Notes: generated from the letters alone by a model not told the origin. A DNA stretch of 63,562 nucleotides, filler included, from Octopus bimaculoides (GCF_001194135.2; 6 parts of 5 records of this genome joined end to end with filler, not necessarily neighbours in it), one strand, 5' to 3'; numbered from the whole stretch's first letter, positions 1 through 13,426 are shown. A program made the numbers and translations.

Positions 1-782
1 ATATATAGATAGATAGATATATAGTCACATAAACATACATTTATTTGTATATATATTTCTGTTCACACCCACATACATTATGATGTTCATTAGCAAGTAA
101 AGGAAGTGCAAATGTTATTACAGGAAATTGAAACGGCTTTGAGATACGGGATCAGTGCTCAATATAAACGTATTCATTAATGTTGATTTCTCCTTTAGTT
201 TATTCCGTATGATACTCATTAGACTGCGAAATGAGATACATAATATTTGAAAACTTCTTTATGTTAGGAACAATATATAGCGATTTCAGATGTTATTTAT
301 TTATGACACACAAGATATTTATTCCTCATATCTGAGAAAAACAAAATAAGAAAATTAAAACGAACAAGTGAGCTTCAATCTACCTACACATCAACTGAAA
401 TATACAATTGGTAATTAGTTATACTGATTACCTAGTTACATAATATACTCTACTGAAAAAACTTTTGTCTATTTCTGAAATAGTGGTTTTGAAATTAGCA
501 CTGTGCGCTTCTGAAACAGTCATCATTAGATATACAGAGAATAAAGATATATTCTGGCTTGTTATAATTATTTACTATGGTAGCGTTGAATTCCAGCTGT
601 GTCATAGAAAGAGTAAAAACAATACGATCATGTAGGTGTCTCCAAATAAGTATATACATAATGGTATACATATATGTATAAATGTGTTTGTATACATAGA
701 CATACATGTATGCATATATAGACATAAAGACAAATCTATAGATCCATGTATATGTGTATATGTGTATACAAATATAAGCGAG

Positions 783-1048
783 CAGTTTAACTGTGAGCGG
801 GCAGTTTAGCTGTCAGCGGGAAGTTTAGCGGCCTGCGGGCAGTTTAGCTGTCAGCGGGAAGTTTAGCGGTCTGCGGGCAGTTTAGCTGTCAGCGGGAAGT
901 TTAGCGGTCTGCGGGCAGTTTAGCTGTCAGCGGGAAGTTTAGCGGCCTGCGGGCAGTTTAGCTGTCAGCGGGAAGTTTAGCGGCCTGCGGGCAGTTTAGC
1001 TGTCAGCGGGAAGTTTAGCGGTCTGCGGGCAGTTTAGCTATCAGCGGG
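783..1048. repeat. GC-rich minisatellite; 38-bp unit made of two related 19-bp subunits
   Basis: CAGTTTAGCTGTCAGCGGG recurs at 802, 840, 878, 916, 954, 992 and 1030, alternating with AAGTTTAGCGG(C/T)CTGCGGG. A degenerate first unit is at 783. Confidence 0.95.
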
Positions 1049-1130
1049 CATTTTGTTTAATAGGAAAATACACAGCAGGTCTCTGAGAGATGCGGGTTCG
1101 TGTCCAGTTACATTTTTTCGACAACTTATC

Positions 1131-1522
1131 GGCGCGTGCGTGCCTGTGTGGTAAGAAGCTTGCTTCACAACCACATTGTTCCGGGCTCAGTCCCACTGTG
1201 TGGCAACTTGGGTAAGTATCTGCTTCTATAACCTGGGGCCGACCAAAGTCTTGTGAATGGATTTGGTAGACGGAAACTCGAAGAAGCCCTATGTATATAT
1301 TTGTGTGTTTGTGTCTATGCTTATCCCCCATCACTTGACAATCGATGTAGGTGTGTTTATATCTCTGTAACTTCTCTGTTCGGCAAAAGAAAGCGATAGA
1401 ATAAGTACTAGGCTCACAGACAATAAGTCCTGGATTCGATTTGTTCGACTAAAACCCATTAAGGTGGTGCTCCAGCATGGCCGCAGTGAAATGGCTGAAA
1501 CCGGTAAAAGAATACAAGAATA
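1131..1522 (+). mobile_element. tRNA-headed SINE, family A (Octopus OR-like), near full length
   Basis: Head GCCTGTGTGGTAAGAAGCTTGC...GGGCTCAGTCCCACTG, body GGATTTGGTAGACGGAAAC and tail CTCCAGCATGGCCGCAG...AAAAGAATA. Clearly homologous to in-window copies at 11531, 27965, 36700 and 49720. Confidence 0.85.
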
Positions 1523-1590
1523 TATACAAAGGGGTAACCAAAAGAAACCGGGATTTTGTGATATTATGTCATTCACTTAGTTTATCGAGT

Positions 1591-2000
1591 TTACACTTTT
1601 ATCACCTTCAAAGTGTTCTCCATTTCAAGCAAAGCATCGGTCCACACACGTTTTACAATATTCGAAGCAGTGCTGGGACCTTTGCGAAGTGATACTTTAA
1701 CGTATCCGACGTATTTTTTCTTCACATCTGGCGCATCTGCAAATTCTGTAGCACCAGCTTTCGTCACCAGTGGTGACCTTCCGAAAAAGTTTTTTTTGTA
1801 TTCTTCCTTTCTTCCTTTCCACTTGGAGAGTTTAAATGCAGTTACAATAATATGTCCTACTGTTGAAATTAAATTTCTGTAAGTTTCTATATCTTTGTGC
1901 AGCTGAGGATCGGTCTGCATTTTACATTTAATATAATATTCACATTGCTTAAATAAATGGAGTCGAATGAAACGATCGTACTGCATTAACTTTGAAAATC
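1591..2000 (-). other. Unidentified ~136-codon open frame, part of a dispersed repeat (second copy at 57902-58010)
   Basis: Stop-free frame FSKLMQYDRFIRLHLFKQCEYYIKCKMQTDPQ...VWTDALLEMENTLKVIKV*, cut by a gap. Bases ~1917-2000 align with ~57914-57998. Confidence 0.35.
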
Positions 2001-2803
2001 NNNNNNNNNNNNNNNNNNNNNNNNNNNNNNNNNNNNNNNNNNNNNNNNNNNNNNNNNNNNNNNNNNNNNNNNNNNNNNNNNNNNNNNNNNNNNNNNNNNN
2101 NNNNNNNNNNNNNNNNNNNNNNNNNNNNNNNNNNNNNNNNNNNNNNNNNNNNNNNNNNNNNNNNNNNNNNNNNNNNNNNNNNNNNNNNNNNNNNNNNNNN
2201 NNNNNNNNNNNNNNNNNNNNNNNNNNNNNNNNNNNNNNNNNNNNNNNNNNNNNNNNNNNNNNNNNNNNNNNNNNNNNNNNNNNNNNNNNNNNNNNNNNNN
2301 NNNNNNNNNNNNNNNNNNNNNNNNNNNNNNNNNNNNNNNNNNNNNNNNNNNNNNNNNNNNNNNNNNNNNNNNNNNNNNNNNNNNNNNNNNNNNNNNNNNN
2401 NNNNNNNNNNNNNNNNNNNNNNNNNNNNNNNNNNNNNNNNNNNNNNNNNNNNNNNNNNNNNNNNNNNNNNNNNNNNNNNNNNNNNNNNNNNNNNNNNNNN
2501 NNNNNNNNNNNNNNNNNNNNNNNNNNNNNNNNNNNNNNNNNNNNNNNNNNNNNNNNNNNNNNNNNNNNNNNNNNNNNNNNNNNNNNNNNNNNNNNNNNNN
2601 NNNNNNNNNNNNNNNNNNNNNNNNNNNNNNNNNNNNNNNNNNNNNNNNNNNNNNNNNNNNNNNNNNNNNNNNNNNNNNNNNNNNNNNNNNNNNNNNNNNN
2701 NNNNNNNNNNNNNNNNNNNNNNNNNNNNNNNNNNNNNNNNNNATATATATATATATATATATACACTTGAAGGCATGGGGATAATTAGAGATTGTTACTT
2801 GTT

Positions 2804-2843
<40 letters not shown>

Positions 2844-3143
2844 TGCCGAAATTCAGCACAATTGCCGGTTTTCTGATGGACTGTTAGTTGGAGCGACGAG
2901 TGTGATTGTTTGTACTATCTTCTGAGTTTCCTATCCTCAATTTCAAACAGGTAATAGTGGTCGTACAACAGCGAACGCTTTAAGGAAGATACCAACCAAT
3001 TCTCTTGACCATTCTGAATGAACACAGGTGGCAAATGAGACAGCAAGGGGATTACATTTCACCACACACACACACACGGACGCACACAAGGAAGCAAGTA
3101 CGCACGTGCACACACATACATATGCATATATATATACACGCAC

Positions 3144-3441
3144 GGCGAGCTGGTAGAAACGATAGCACGCCGGGCGAAATGCTTAGCGGTATTTCGTCTG
3201 CCGCTACGTTCTGAGTTCAAATTCCGCCGAGGTCGACTTTGCCTTTCATCCTTTCGGGNNNNNNNNNNTGCCGCTACGTTCTGAGTTCAAATTCCGCCGA
3301 GGTCGACTTTGCCTTTCATCCTTTCGGGGTCGATTAAATAAGTACCAGTTACGCACTGGGGTCGGTATTATTGTCTTAATCAGTGTGTCTGTCTTTGTTT
3401 GTCCCCTCTGTGTGTAGCCCCTTGTGGGTAGTAAAGAAATA
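3144..3441 (+). mobile_element. tRNA-headed SINE, family B (Meta-domain-like)
   Basis: GGCGAGCTGGTAGAAACG...GAGTTCAAATTCCGCCGAGGTCGACTTTGCCTTTCATCCTTTCGGGG...TAAAGAAATA, with a B-box-like GAGTTCAAATTC. Many in-window homologues. Confidence 0.9.
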
Positions 3442-3481
3442 ACACACGTACGTATGTATGTTTGATGTATGTATGTAGTAT

Positions 3482-3535
<54 letters not shown>

Positions 3536-4410
3536 ATGTGGAATGGATACAATGATGGGTGTATGAATAATTTATTTATCAAAATAAAATGTCATTCTTC
3601 CAAACCACATGTGAATTTGAAATGTTTTGAAATAATTTTACAGGAAATCAAAAGGATAATTAACTCCACATGTTTTAGATTGATTTAAAAGTTCTAAAAT
3701 TTGAAGTTATCGAAAAATATTTGCTACTAAAATGTATGACGCTATATAGAATTATTTGTGGCATTAGGGTTAAAATCGTTTTAAACTGCAAAGGTTCTGC
3801 ATTATGTGTTGTTGCTGTACGTACAATAACACTAATGAAAACTGATAAATGATTAAAATAAACAATATATTTCTCCCGAGGCCATGTCTAAGCAAACAAA
3901 ATGACTGCAGCATTTGCTTCAAAGAAGAAGAAACAGATAAACAGGAAAAACAGAGAAAGCATAATTAGAAAACAAATATAAAAGTGCACAAAAAATACAC
4001 CTGAAGAAGGAAAGTAGATTTATAATAATGTACAATAACATTCATTTTAAAATTTTAGGATAAACAACAGTGTTTGTCACTTCATTTTCATCGTCGACAT
4101 CATCATCATTAGCTTTGTCGTAATACGCATCTCTCATACACATCGACACTATCTTTCCCTTCAACTTATTTTCTTCAAATTCTTTACCTCCTTTTGCATC
4201 ACTATTAGAAATATTCTATATTTTAAGTTTTAAGAAATTCCATGCAAATATCTTTGCTATATTTCGTGTGCATAACACACATTTGGTGTGAATAATATGC
4301 ACATTTACTGCATGTTATTCAGATTAACATGTAGTATGTCATAGGTGTATGGTATATCTTCTGCTTAGTGGGCGAATTTTAATCTTAAAATATTTCTAAA
4401 TATAATAATT

Positions 4411-4441
<31 letters not shown>

Positions 4442-5383
4442 NNNNNNNNNNNNNNNNNNNNNNNNNNNNNNNNNNNNNNNNNNNNNNNNNNNNNNNNNNN
4501 NNNNNNNNNNNNNNNNNNNNNNNNNNNNNNNNNNNNNNATATATATACACCTTTTTTGGCGGGGAATATCAATACTTGTACATCCAGTGACATATCTAAA
4601 TTCACATCAAAACTAAAACCACACATTTCATTCGGACTTTACTGAACGTCGTTAGTGAATGCATATGTATAAAAGAGGAAAACCTCATGAAATGTTTTCT
4701 CTCAAAGAACAAGATAAAAATGATTACAAACATCGATTGGGACCATTGTCGATGTTATCAAACACTATTGAAGCGAATTAACGATTTTATTTCCAAAACC
4801 TAATTCAAGCGTTCTAAGATTTTTTTTTTTCCTTTTCTATCTCATGTATGTAACGGGAAAGTTTTCCTTTCGTTTTATTTTTTATCAAAGCAAAGATTTT
4901 TCAAATGCTGATTCAATGGACAAGAAGTTACTGAAGGAACTGCTGTGTATTTTAATACAGAAACCAAATAGAATGCTGTATACCTGTGTATTGATTACTC
5001 TTATGTAATCCACTGCGAATTACGTTCACGCCTGTAATGTCTAATGTTCCATTTCTGGAACTTGATAGAATGTGCACGAATATTGTTATTCCCTCGACTC
5101 TCCTATTCTATTCCTGTCAATCTAACATTTTCTACTTTCCAAAGATTGAAAGACTCATGTTTCCCTACAGGTCTAGAGGATTAGAAGACGTTACGCATTG
5201 TCAAAAGAAAATCGCTATCTTTCATGTACAATGAATGAATCAGCTATTTGCGTTCCCCTTTCTAAGAAGAATTGATCATTCCTATATGCTTAAAAAAGGG
5301 AAATGATAGAAACAGAATATAAATAAAGAAAATGAAAATTGGGATGAAGAGAAAGTATTTACCAATATAGCTTTGATTTGCAG

Positions 5384-5538
5384 TCTTAGAAACGCAAAAC
5401 TGGTAAGAACTTGTGAAAATACATTAAACATACCATGACGTTCTCGTCACGAGATTTTTAAATCAATGTTCTGATAGTATACAGTGGATGAGAAATATTT
5501 CTGTCTTCTTTGTAGAACATGCAGCTTCTCATTTCAGA
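5384..5538 (+). other. Two candidate micro-exons (5384-5402 and 5516-5538)
   Basis: ctttgatttgcag|19 nt|gtaaga and tttctgtcttctttgtag|23 nt|gtaagt. Only one frame is open across both (LRNAKL-NMQLLIS). No homology recognised. Confidence 0.2.
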
Positions 5539-6750
5539 GTAAGTGAATGTAGAATGTGCGAGGTACATGTTTTTCAAAAAGAAATAGCAGCCTAACTGAA
5601 GGGAAATGTTTCTAATTAGGTGTTAACATTGTATTCCGGATTCGGATTTACCTAAAGCTTACTCCCTACCAAATTACTTAAAGGTTTCATGGATTCCAGA
5701 AACAGAAGATGTATGATGAGATAAGTGTCTAACGTCATATACGGCAGCAATGCACGTGTATATGATTAAATATCAGTCAGTAGATATTGATCTACCAATA
5801 CAAGTAAAATGCTTAGTCATAGAGAATAAAAGTAATGCACGTAACTAATCTCATAGGACCAGTGACTTGGTAGAAATGTTTAAATAAAATTAAAGAAAAT
5901 CCACCCAATCTAAAAAAAATTTGTTATGAAATATTTATATCACAGACATAATTATATGAAATGAACGCTCTCCCAAATTTTGTCAATTTTAATTGTGACA
6001 ATGCTGGAACTGGCCGGATAAACTGGTAAAATACACTTTTGATGAGTAATTCGCATTATGTGATTACGTATGGGACTTGTTAATCAAAAGACTCCGTGAA
6101 AAGACATTTATGATCTATATGTGCAATTATATGTGTGTATATGCGCGCATGCAAGCGTGCGCGTGTGCGTGTATAAAAAGATATGTGGATAGCCATCTCA
6201 GCAACACGTATGATAATGATTGATCTTAAAATGTTCGATTCTTAGTGTTTAGGATTTATATCTCACAAATGATTATTATACTATGTGAACTTGAGTCATT
6301 AATAATATATAAATCATTAGAGAGTAATCCTGTGTAGGCAATATCTTATAGATTGTTTGCAAAGGCAGAATCAAAACTATTTTAGTACCTTTAGCAGCAA
6401 TTTCTAACTTTGTATTAATATGTTTAATATCATAATTATTAACACAAACCTACGCATGAATAATTTTGCAGTAAAATAATAAAATGGTATTGGACAAGGT
6501 CTAGCAATGCACAGCAAGTGCAAGAGTAAAATGAACCAAGGCATAACCTCATTGACTACCATATCTTTTTATTATAATCCGTCGTTTTTATGAAGAATGT
6601 GTTTAACGAAACATCGTAACGACGATCATCATAATTGTTATTAATATTTGACTGCAGTAGATATACACTATGATTAAAAGCATCCCAGCCGTGGATATCT
6701 ATATTTGCTTATATAAAGCTCTACATTGTCTATTGTATCACTTTTAAGTG

Positions 6751-7064
6751 GAGGCGCAATGGCCCAGTGGTTAGGGCTGCGGACTCGCGGTAGAAGGATC
6801 GTGGTTTCCATTCCCAGACCGGGCGTTGTGTGTGTGTGTTTATTGAGCGAAAACACTTAAAAGCACCATGAGGGCTCCGGAATGGTGTGGTGGCGACACA
6901 TGTTGTACTCTTTCGCTCCAACTTTCTCTCACTCTTGTTTCTTGTGTAACGCTGCGATGGACTGCCGTCCCGTCCAGCTGCGTGGAATATATACGCCATA
7001 GAAACTGGAAAACCAGGCCCATAAGCCTGACTAGGCTTTAAAAGGGCGCATAAAAAAATAATAA
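6751..7064 (+). mobile_element. tRNA-headed SINE, family C, full length with 14-bp TSD
   Basis: A-box-like TGGCCCAGTGG, B-box-like GGTTTCCATTCC, central GCTGCGATGGACTGCCGTCCCGTCCAG (V-domain-like, from recall) and an A-rich tail. Flanked by the direct repeat ATCACTTTTAAGTG at 6737-6750 and 7065-7078. Confidence 0.9.
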
Positions 7065-7628
7065 ATCACTTTTAAGTGATAGGGCCTTATATAAGTGATA
7101 ATTGACGTCTATTTCTAGCAAGTAAACTCACAATGTAGACGCTGGTAATAGTGCATATGTTTTTCTTTTTTATATTAACTATACATTTACTTAATGTGTA
7201 AATTGATCCCACATCATACGAAGATCGGGTTTGTTTATATGGACGCTAAAAATATCTGAATGGCTACAGGTAAAACATGCTTTTGTGCTTCATTAGAAAC
7301 TTTATTGGGGAGTTTGGAGGCTGGATTATATATTTCTCGTTTCATACAAAGCAAGTCTCTAACTTATTGAGGTCTGAGCTTTTGCGCATACAATGTTGGC
7401 ACTATAAAAGATTGTACCAGAATTGCTACAACCACTAAGAAAGTCTCTACCAAATTTTATACTATATTGCACGCTGACAGATGCAAAAATTAGTCGCACT
7501 GAATAAAGGGGATTATCTTCGTAGGAATCCCTTTGAACAGATCTTTACATTATGGGGCCCGTAAGTAAGAAGGAGTATTCATGTTCAGGTTGCAAGTTTA
7601 CCCTTTCCCCATTATTATCATTCAAATG

Positions 7629-7826
7629 TGTTAGCACGCCAGGTGAAATGCATAGTTGTACTCCGTCTGTCTGTATGTTCTGAGTTCAAATTCCGCCGAC
7701 GTCGACTTTGATTTTCATTCTTTCGGCGTCGGTAAATTAAGTACCAGTTGCGCACTGTGGTCGATCTAATCGACTGGCCACTTCCCCAAAAATTTCGGGA
7801 TTTGTGCCTAATGTAGAAAAGATTAT
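7629..7826 (+). mobile_element. SINE family B, 5'-truncated
   Basis: GTTAGCACGCC...GAGTTCAAATTCCGCCGACGTCGACTTTG...AAGTACCAGTTGCGCACTG matches the 3144 copy. Confidence 0.85.
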
Positions 7827-9959
7827 CATTCGATTGTTACAATATTGATGATCCTACACTCACAAACAAAAGAAATAATAAATATTCTAATTGGTGGCAT
7901 TATTATTATCATTATCCTCATTATCATTATCATCATCATTAATATTAACATTATCTTGATTATTAATATTATTAATATTGCTATTGTCATTATTTTAATG
8001 ATGATGTATTTCATTAGAATCTATTAGAAATAATTTATTGTATTCTCGGTTAAAAGCTGGCTGAATAAGTAATGCAGCTTTCATATTTTTGTTTAGATAT
8101 GGGATTTTGATTGATCATGCAGTTGTTCAGCATATGAGAGTGTTGATTTTGAAAGACGTCCTCTCCGTGTAATTTATCGATATGATTCTGCATCGGATTT
8201 TATAAATCTGAAATAGGCTCATTAATTATTTCCATTTATCAACCGAAAAGCAATGAAGGGATATCAATTATACGCATATGAAATGTATATTATCGTGTAG
8301 TATCAGTTTGCTATATCCAGTCGGGAAAGAATGAGTGGTGCTATAGAATCGTTATTTCACTGATAATAGCTGGTTCTCAGGTTTACATGCTTGTAATGTG
8401 TTGGTAATAAACATAAAGTTTATACATCACAAATGCATGAAACCTAACGAGCATAAGAATATGTAATCAAAACTTCATAGAAAATAACAAATTGCATCAC
8501 ACCTGACCATATCGTATAACGAAAGCAACAAAAAAACAAAAGCATTAGAAAAAATCTCAATGACCGAAAAGCAGCAAAAGCAACAAAAATCTCATTAACA
8601 CAACACAAGCACGAGAACCCGAAAGCAAACCGCTGATGACCAACGTCTATAAATTTGCTTGTAAAACTGAAAATTGTAAACATCAGGACTTCAGCTGTTG
8701 AATTGGGCATATTAGTACAGTACCCACTCGTAGTATAGAAAATACTGGACGATAAAACTTGCACGCGGCATAACATTCCTCACGGAAAGGGGTTAATCTT
8801 GGCATTTATGCCAATATCGCAATGTGATATCAGAATAAGCATGCAATCTATACACACATGAAAAAATTGACACATGGCTTCTAATATAAAGTCTAACGGT
8901 AAGAACACTGGAACAAGAAAAAAAGAAAAGTAAATGAAAATATCACTGCTAAAGAGAAAGTCAAAAATGTTTTGGTGAAATTGTTTGCAGAAATTCTATC
9001 AATATTAAAATAGCAACACAAAGCAACAATTCTATTTCGATTCTTAATAAGTAGATTGTGGAAGTCTGGAGACCTTTAATAAGGAGTTAGAACATTTATT
9101 GTTCCAAACTAACTGGTCATATAAAAGGTGTATAATAAAAAAGTAAAACTAGTGAAAATGTCTAATAGTATATTTCCTTATACATGTGAATACACACGTG
9201 CACACACACACACACACACACACCACACCACACCACACATGCATATACACATATGTACATACATATATAATATGATATAATGTAAGGTAATATGTTATAT
9301 GATATATTATATATTTTATGATATTAACAAATAAATGGCAAACGATGGACACGCGTCTCTTCATTACAAATGCTTCCAACAATTTTTTAAAAAATAGATT
9401 AATGAGTACATTACATCATAATTTTAAATAACCGCTTCCTTCAGACTAAAGATGTTATTTACAAGTTAATTCAACGCAACCTGGTGCCTATCATTCAAGC
9501 AACTGAATCATTTGTATTTTTAATATTGTATACATATATATATACAAAGGTGTGTGTGTGTTTGTGTGTGCCTGTGCGTGCGCGCATGTGTGATTAGTTG
9601 GGTGGTTGTGTGAGAGAGAGAGTAGATGGAAAGGAGAATGCAGAGAGAGTTACTTCTAGAGAGTTGAGTAAAGAGGCAGCATAATTTACCAAGAGAAATA
9701 TATTTGTGTAATATAGTAAGAAATATAATGGGCCAATAGCGTGATTTTGTATTTGTGTTTGGATGAGAAACTTCAGAAGTCTTCAGATATTTATACGAAA
9801 GTTTGTTCGACAAATCGAAGCACTTTCCAGATAGGTGTCATACGTCTGTTATGAAAATGTTCGTATACTGACGTCTTCAGTTGTATTTACATATATTACA
9901 ATTTTGATACACGAACTCGGGTTTGCGTAAAAAAATATCAGTATCCATTTGATTAAGAT

Positions 9960-10332
9960 GTGTTCGCTCTGTTTTCAATGTAGGAAGATAAAGTTATTTT
10001 GCATTCAAATCTATACCTTGAAGAACTTGGGTGAGAGGGAAAAAAATCCCGTAACCTTCATATTTACCAGACCTCGTACCTACTGATTATCGTTTGTTCC
10101 GAAGTTTACAGAATCATTTAGATGAGCCCCAAAGAGGTTGAAACTGGCCTCTCTTCCTTCTTCTCATCGAAGGTGTTTTCACCAATTCAATTAAGTTACT
10201 AATGAGTAAATGGAAAGAAGTCATCGATAATGATGGGAATTATATACAGGATTAAATTTTAATAAAATGCAAAAATTAGATCACTTTTATCCTTAACATA
10301 AATTTGGACACGACTTATGAAATGATCCGATA
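9960..10332 (+). mobile_element. Decayed mariner transposon, 3' portion
   Basis: Frame at 10055 reads PSYLPDLVPTDYRLFRSLQNHL (mariner YSPDLAP.DY motif). Downstream is SKWKEVIDNDGNYI, the typical mariner C-terminus. Confidence 0.8.
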
Positions 10333-11530
10333 GATTTAGTGCTTAATATATTTATAGGACCTTAAAAAAATACTTATAACCGTAGTCGAATGGAGAGATG
10401 TAACATAATCGACAAACGACTCTGTATGCAGATAAGTTTTACTTGCAGTTCTTGTGTTGTTAATTTTCTGTTTTATAATTTTAAGTATACGGTAAGCTGG
10501 AAGAGGAAATTTAAGAACGGTGATATTTTTAATTGTCTCAATTCTACGAGTTAAAGATTTCGTTATGTTAATATAAATTGAAGATTTTATCGTGTTATTG
10601 GAAAACGTAAATGCGACTGTTCAATTTGAATAGTCGATAGAAATTTATTCTATAATGAATTATATTTCATGTTTGGCAGTTTGTAATTTGTCTTCTATTA
10701 TTCTTTACGATTTCATAATTATAACCGTTTTAAATAGAGCAACAACCTACAGTACTGAGGTCTCTTTAAATACTTTCTTATTTGCTATCTGACACAACAG
10801 ATGAAGGTAGGATATTTTGCAATATTCCGATGGCCACATGAGAATATCTACGATAGTTTATAGATAAGGGATTAGCTATATTGCTCAACTGTGTCTATCA
10901 TTTCACCAGAGAACTTAATGTCTCGTAGCACCACTTGTCACATATTAGCACTATAGTGGTTATTAGATACCATTTTCCTGACTTGTGAAATCGCCGTATT
11001 GTCCTAATACATTTTTCATTATCAGTCGATGCTTATGTTAAGCAGACTGCACATATTATTGGTAGGATAATCTGAACTGAATTATTTCTGTTCTTCTTTT
11101 GAACAAGATATATTTTTGCTTTTGCTTCACATGAGAATATGTCGTGAGTTATTGAGAAATTTGTTTGCAAATTTAAACAGAGAATCAGTTGCCCAACGGA
11201 TAGAAGCGATTCGCGAACTGTAGAGATAAATTCTACAGATGTAATATTTCATTCTGAATATAGAGGATACAGAGAGCATTTCATTGAATTTCGTTTTCTT
11301 CTTTTAAGCGACAGCGTAGTGTTTATGTTTTTCTTACGATTTTTGAAGGGTTTTGTCAATGAATAATTCTATTTTATTTTCTCCTAATATTGTTGTTAGA
11401 GGGTAAGTTATATTCCAGTTGTATATGAACTCGCGTAGTCTATTTCAGGATGATCATAGATACTGGAAAGTTACAGGGTTGCAACTAGGATTATATTTGT
11501 TACGTCATTTTAAATTATTTTATCAATGCT

Positions 11531-11939
11531 TTTCTCTTTTCTCTTTTACTTGTTTCAGTCATTTGACTGCGGTCATGCTGGAGCACCGCCTTTAGTCGAG
11601 CAAATCGACCCCATGACTTATTCTTTGTAAGCCTAGTACAATTTCATCGGTCTCTTTTGCCGAACCGCTAGGTTACGGGGACGTAAACACACCACCATTG
11701 GTTGTCAAGCGGTGTTGGTGGTGGAGAGACAAACACAGACACACAAACATATACACACTCATACAAATAGATATACATATATACGATGGGCTTCTTTCAG
11801 TTTCCGTCTGCCAAATCCACTCACAAGGCTTTGGTCAGCCCGAGGCTATAGTAGAAAACATTTGCCCAAGGTGCCACGCAGTGGGAATGAACTCGGAACC
11901 ATGTGGTTGGTAAGCAAGCTACTTACCACAAAGCCACTC
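11531..11939 (-). mobile_element. SINE family A, full length
   Basis: Reverse-complement homologue of 1131-1522 and 36700-37065. Confidence 0.9.
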
Positions 11940-12545
11940 GGTGTTTTTTTCTTCTTTTTTGCTGAATGTCTGCATTAGAGTTACAATGGTATTGGTTGGA
12001 ATGTTGAAATGGATTCTGAAGGCCAGGAAATTTTTTTTGCTGTGAACATTTAACATTTTGTTTTTATGTTTGCGAATCTTTGTTTTTTACTTAGATATTG
12101 TTGCGATGAGAAGTGATTTGGGAAAAGTGGGACAGTTGTACCTATATTCTTGTGGTGACATGCTGATCTTCCTCATGTTGACACTGTTCTAAATTGTTTT
12201 GAAAGTCACATGAGATTCCAAAGATCTATAAAAGATATCCTAGCATTGGGGTTGTATCGAATAGGGAAAATGTGTCGTCGATGCAAAAGCTATAAATATA
12301 CAGACTAGCAATACTCCTGTTCATTGTAAATCGACAAATTGTACAATTATACGCATGAAGTCGATTCAATCTATTTGCATAATATAGCGGACCATATTCT
12401 ATGGTGCTGAGAGTTTCCTTAGGTCAAGTGACGAAGGTTGCTTTAGCCCAACTGACAAAATTACTGAAGTGAATTTCATTCAACGGACGGCGTTTCCAGT
12501 TATTTCAGGCGACGTTAAATACAATGCTAACGGAAATAAATAGAA

Positions 12546-12772
12546 AGGCCGCGAGCTGGCAGAATCGTTAGCACGCCGGCCGAAATGCTTAGCGGTATTT
12601 CGTCTTCCGTTACGTTCCGAGTTCAAATTCCGCCGAGGTCGACTTTGCCTTTAATCAATTCGGGGTTGATAAATTAAGTACCAGTTACGCACTGGGGGTG
12701 AGTATTCGATTTAATCCCTTCCTCTGTCTTTGTCTGTCCCCTATTGTGGGCAATAAAGAAGTAAGGAAATAA
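12546..12772 (+). mobile_element. SINE family B
   Basis: GCGAGCTGGCAGAATCGTTAGCACGCCGG...GAGTTCAAATTCCGCCGAGGTCGACTTTGCC...CAATAAAGAA. Confidence 0.9.
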
Positions 12773-13349
12773 ATACAAAGATGATTGTAAGGAGTGATTT
12801 CTTCGTTTATTAGTATCACTTAGAATATTCCCAGTCTGTTCACTATTTGCATCATCTTTCCATGCATGCGATTTCATGTTTCTCTCTATATCCCTTTTCT
12901 CTTCATCATAGAATAGTATTTCTCGCGAGTATTTCATATCTATAAATGGTACAAACATTGAATTGGATATGTAATTACTCTTACAAGTAGTTGGCGGATG
13001 TCTAATTAGTTTAAAGACTGTGAAACATAATTTTATATATACTCATATCTCTTTAACTTTTGTGTTCAAACCTCGCTAGGGAACTATTTATAATTCTTCT
13101 GATGGTTATTAAATAAATAATAATTAAATACTGGTGGAGATGTAATGCTCTATATAATCTAACAAAATGTGCATACTTATGCGAAAGATGAAAGTATGAT
13201 AAAGATGTATCCCTATATTTGGAACTTAAATTTCATTGTGTTCAAGTGCAACTTTATATCATATAACAATGATCAAATAAGAACCAACAATAACCTATTT
13301 GCTATGTGCAATACATCCTGGGAAAATTATGAACTACAAAGAATGCTTT

Positions 13350-13409
<60 letters not shown>

Positions 13410-13426
13410 GAGAGAGAGAGAGAGAG
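13350..13426. repeat. (GA)n microsatellite
   Basis: Near-perfect GA dinucleotide run. Confidence 0.95.

Noticed and set aside
783-1048. Possible CRISPR-like array
   Set aside because: There are no unique spacers (the intervening 19-mers are near-identical), no cas genes, and the context is eukaryotic. It is a minisatellite.
3198-3328. Apparent ~60-bp tandem duplication inside a SINE
   Set aside because: The identical copies sit on either side of a 10-N gap, which is the typical overlap artefact of unmerged contigs.
8444-8776. 110-aa hydrophobic ORF suggesting a membrane protein
   Set aside because: The hydrophobicity is explained by a T-rich strand. There is no recognisable domain and no convincing splice context.
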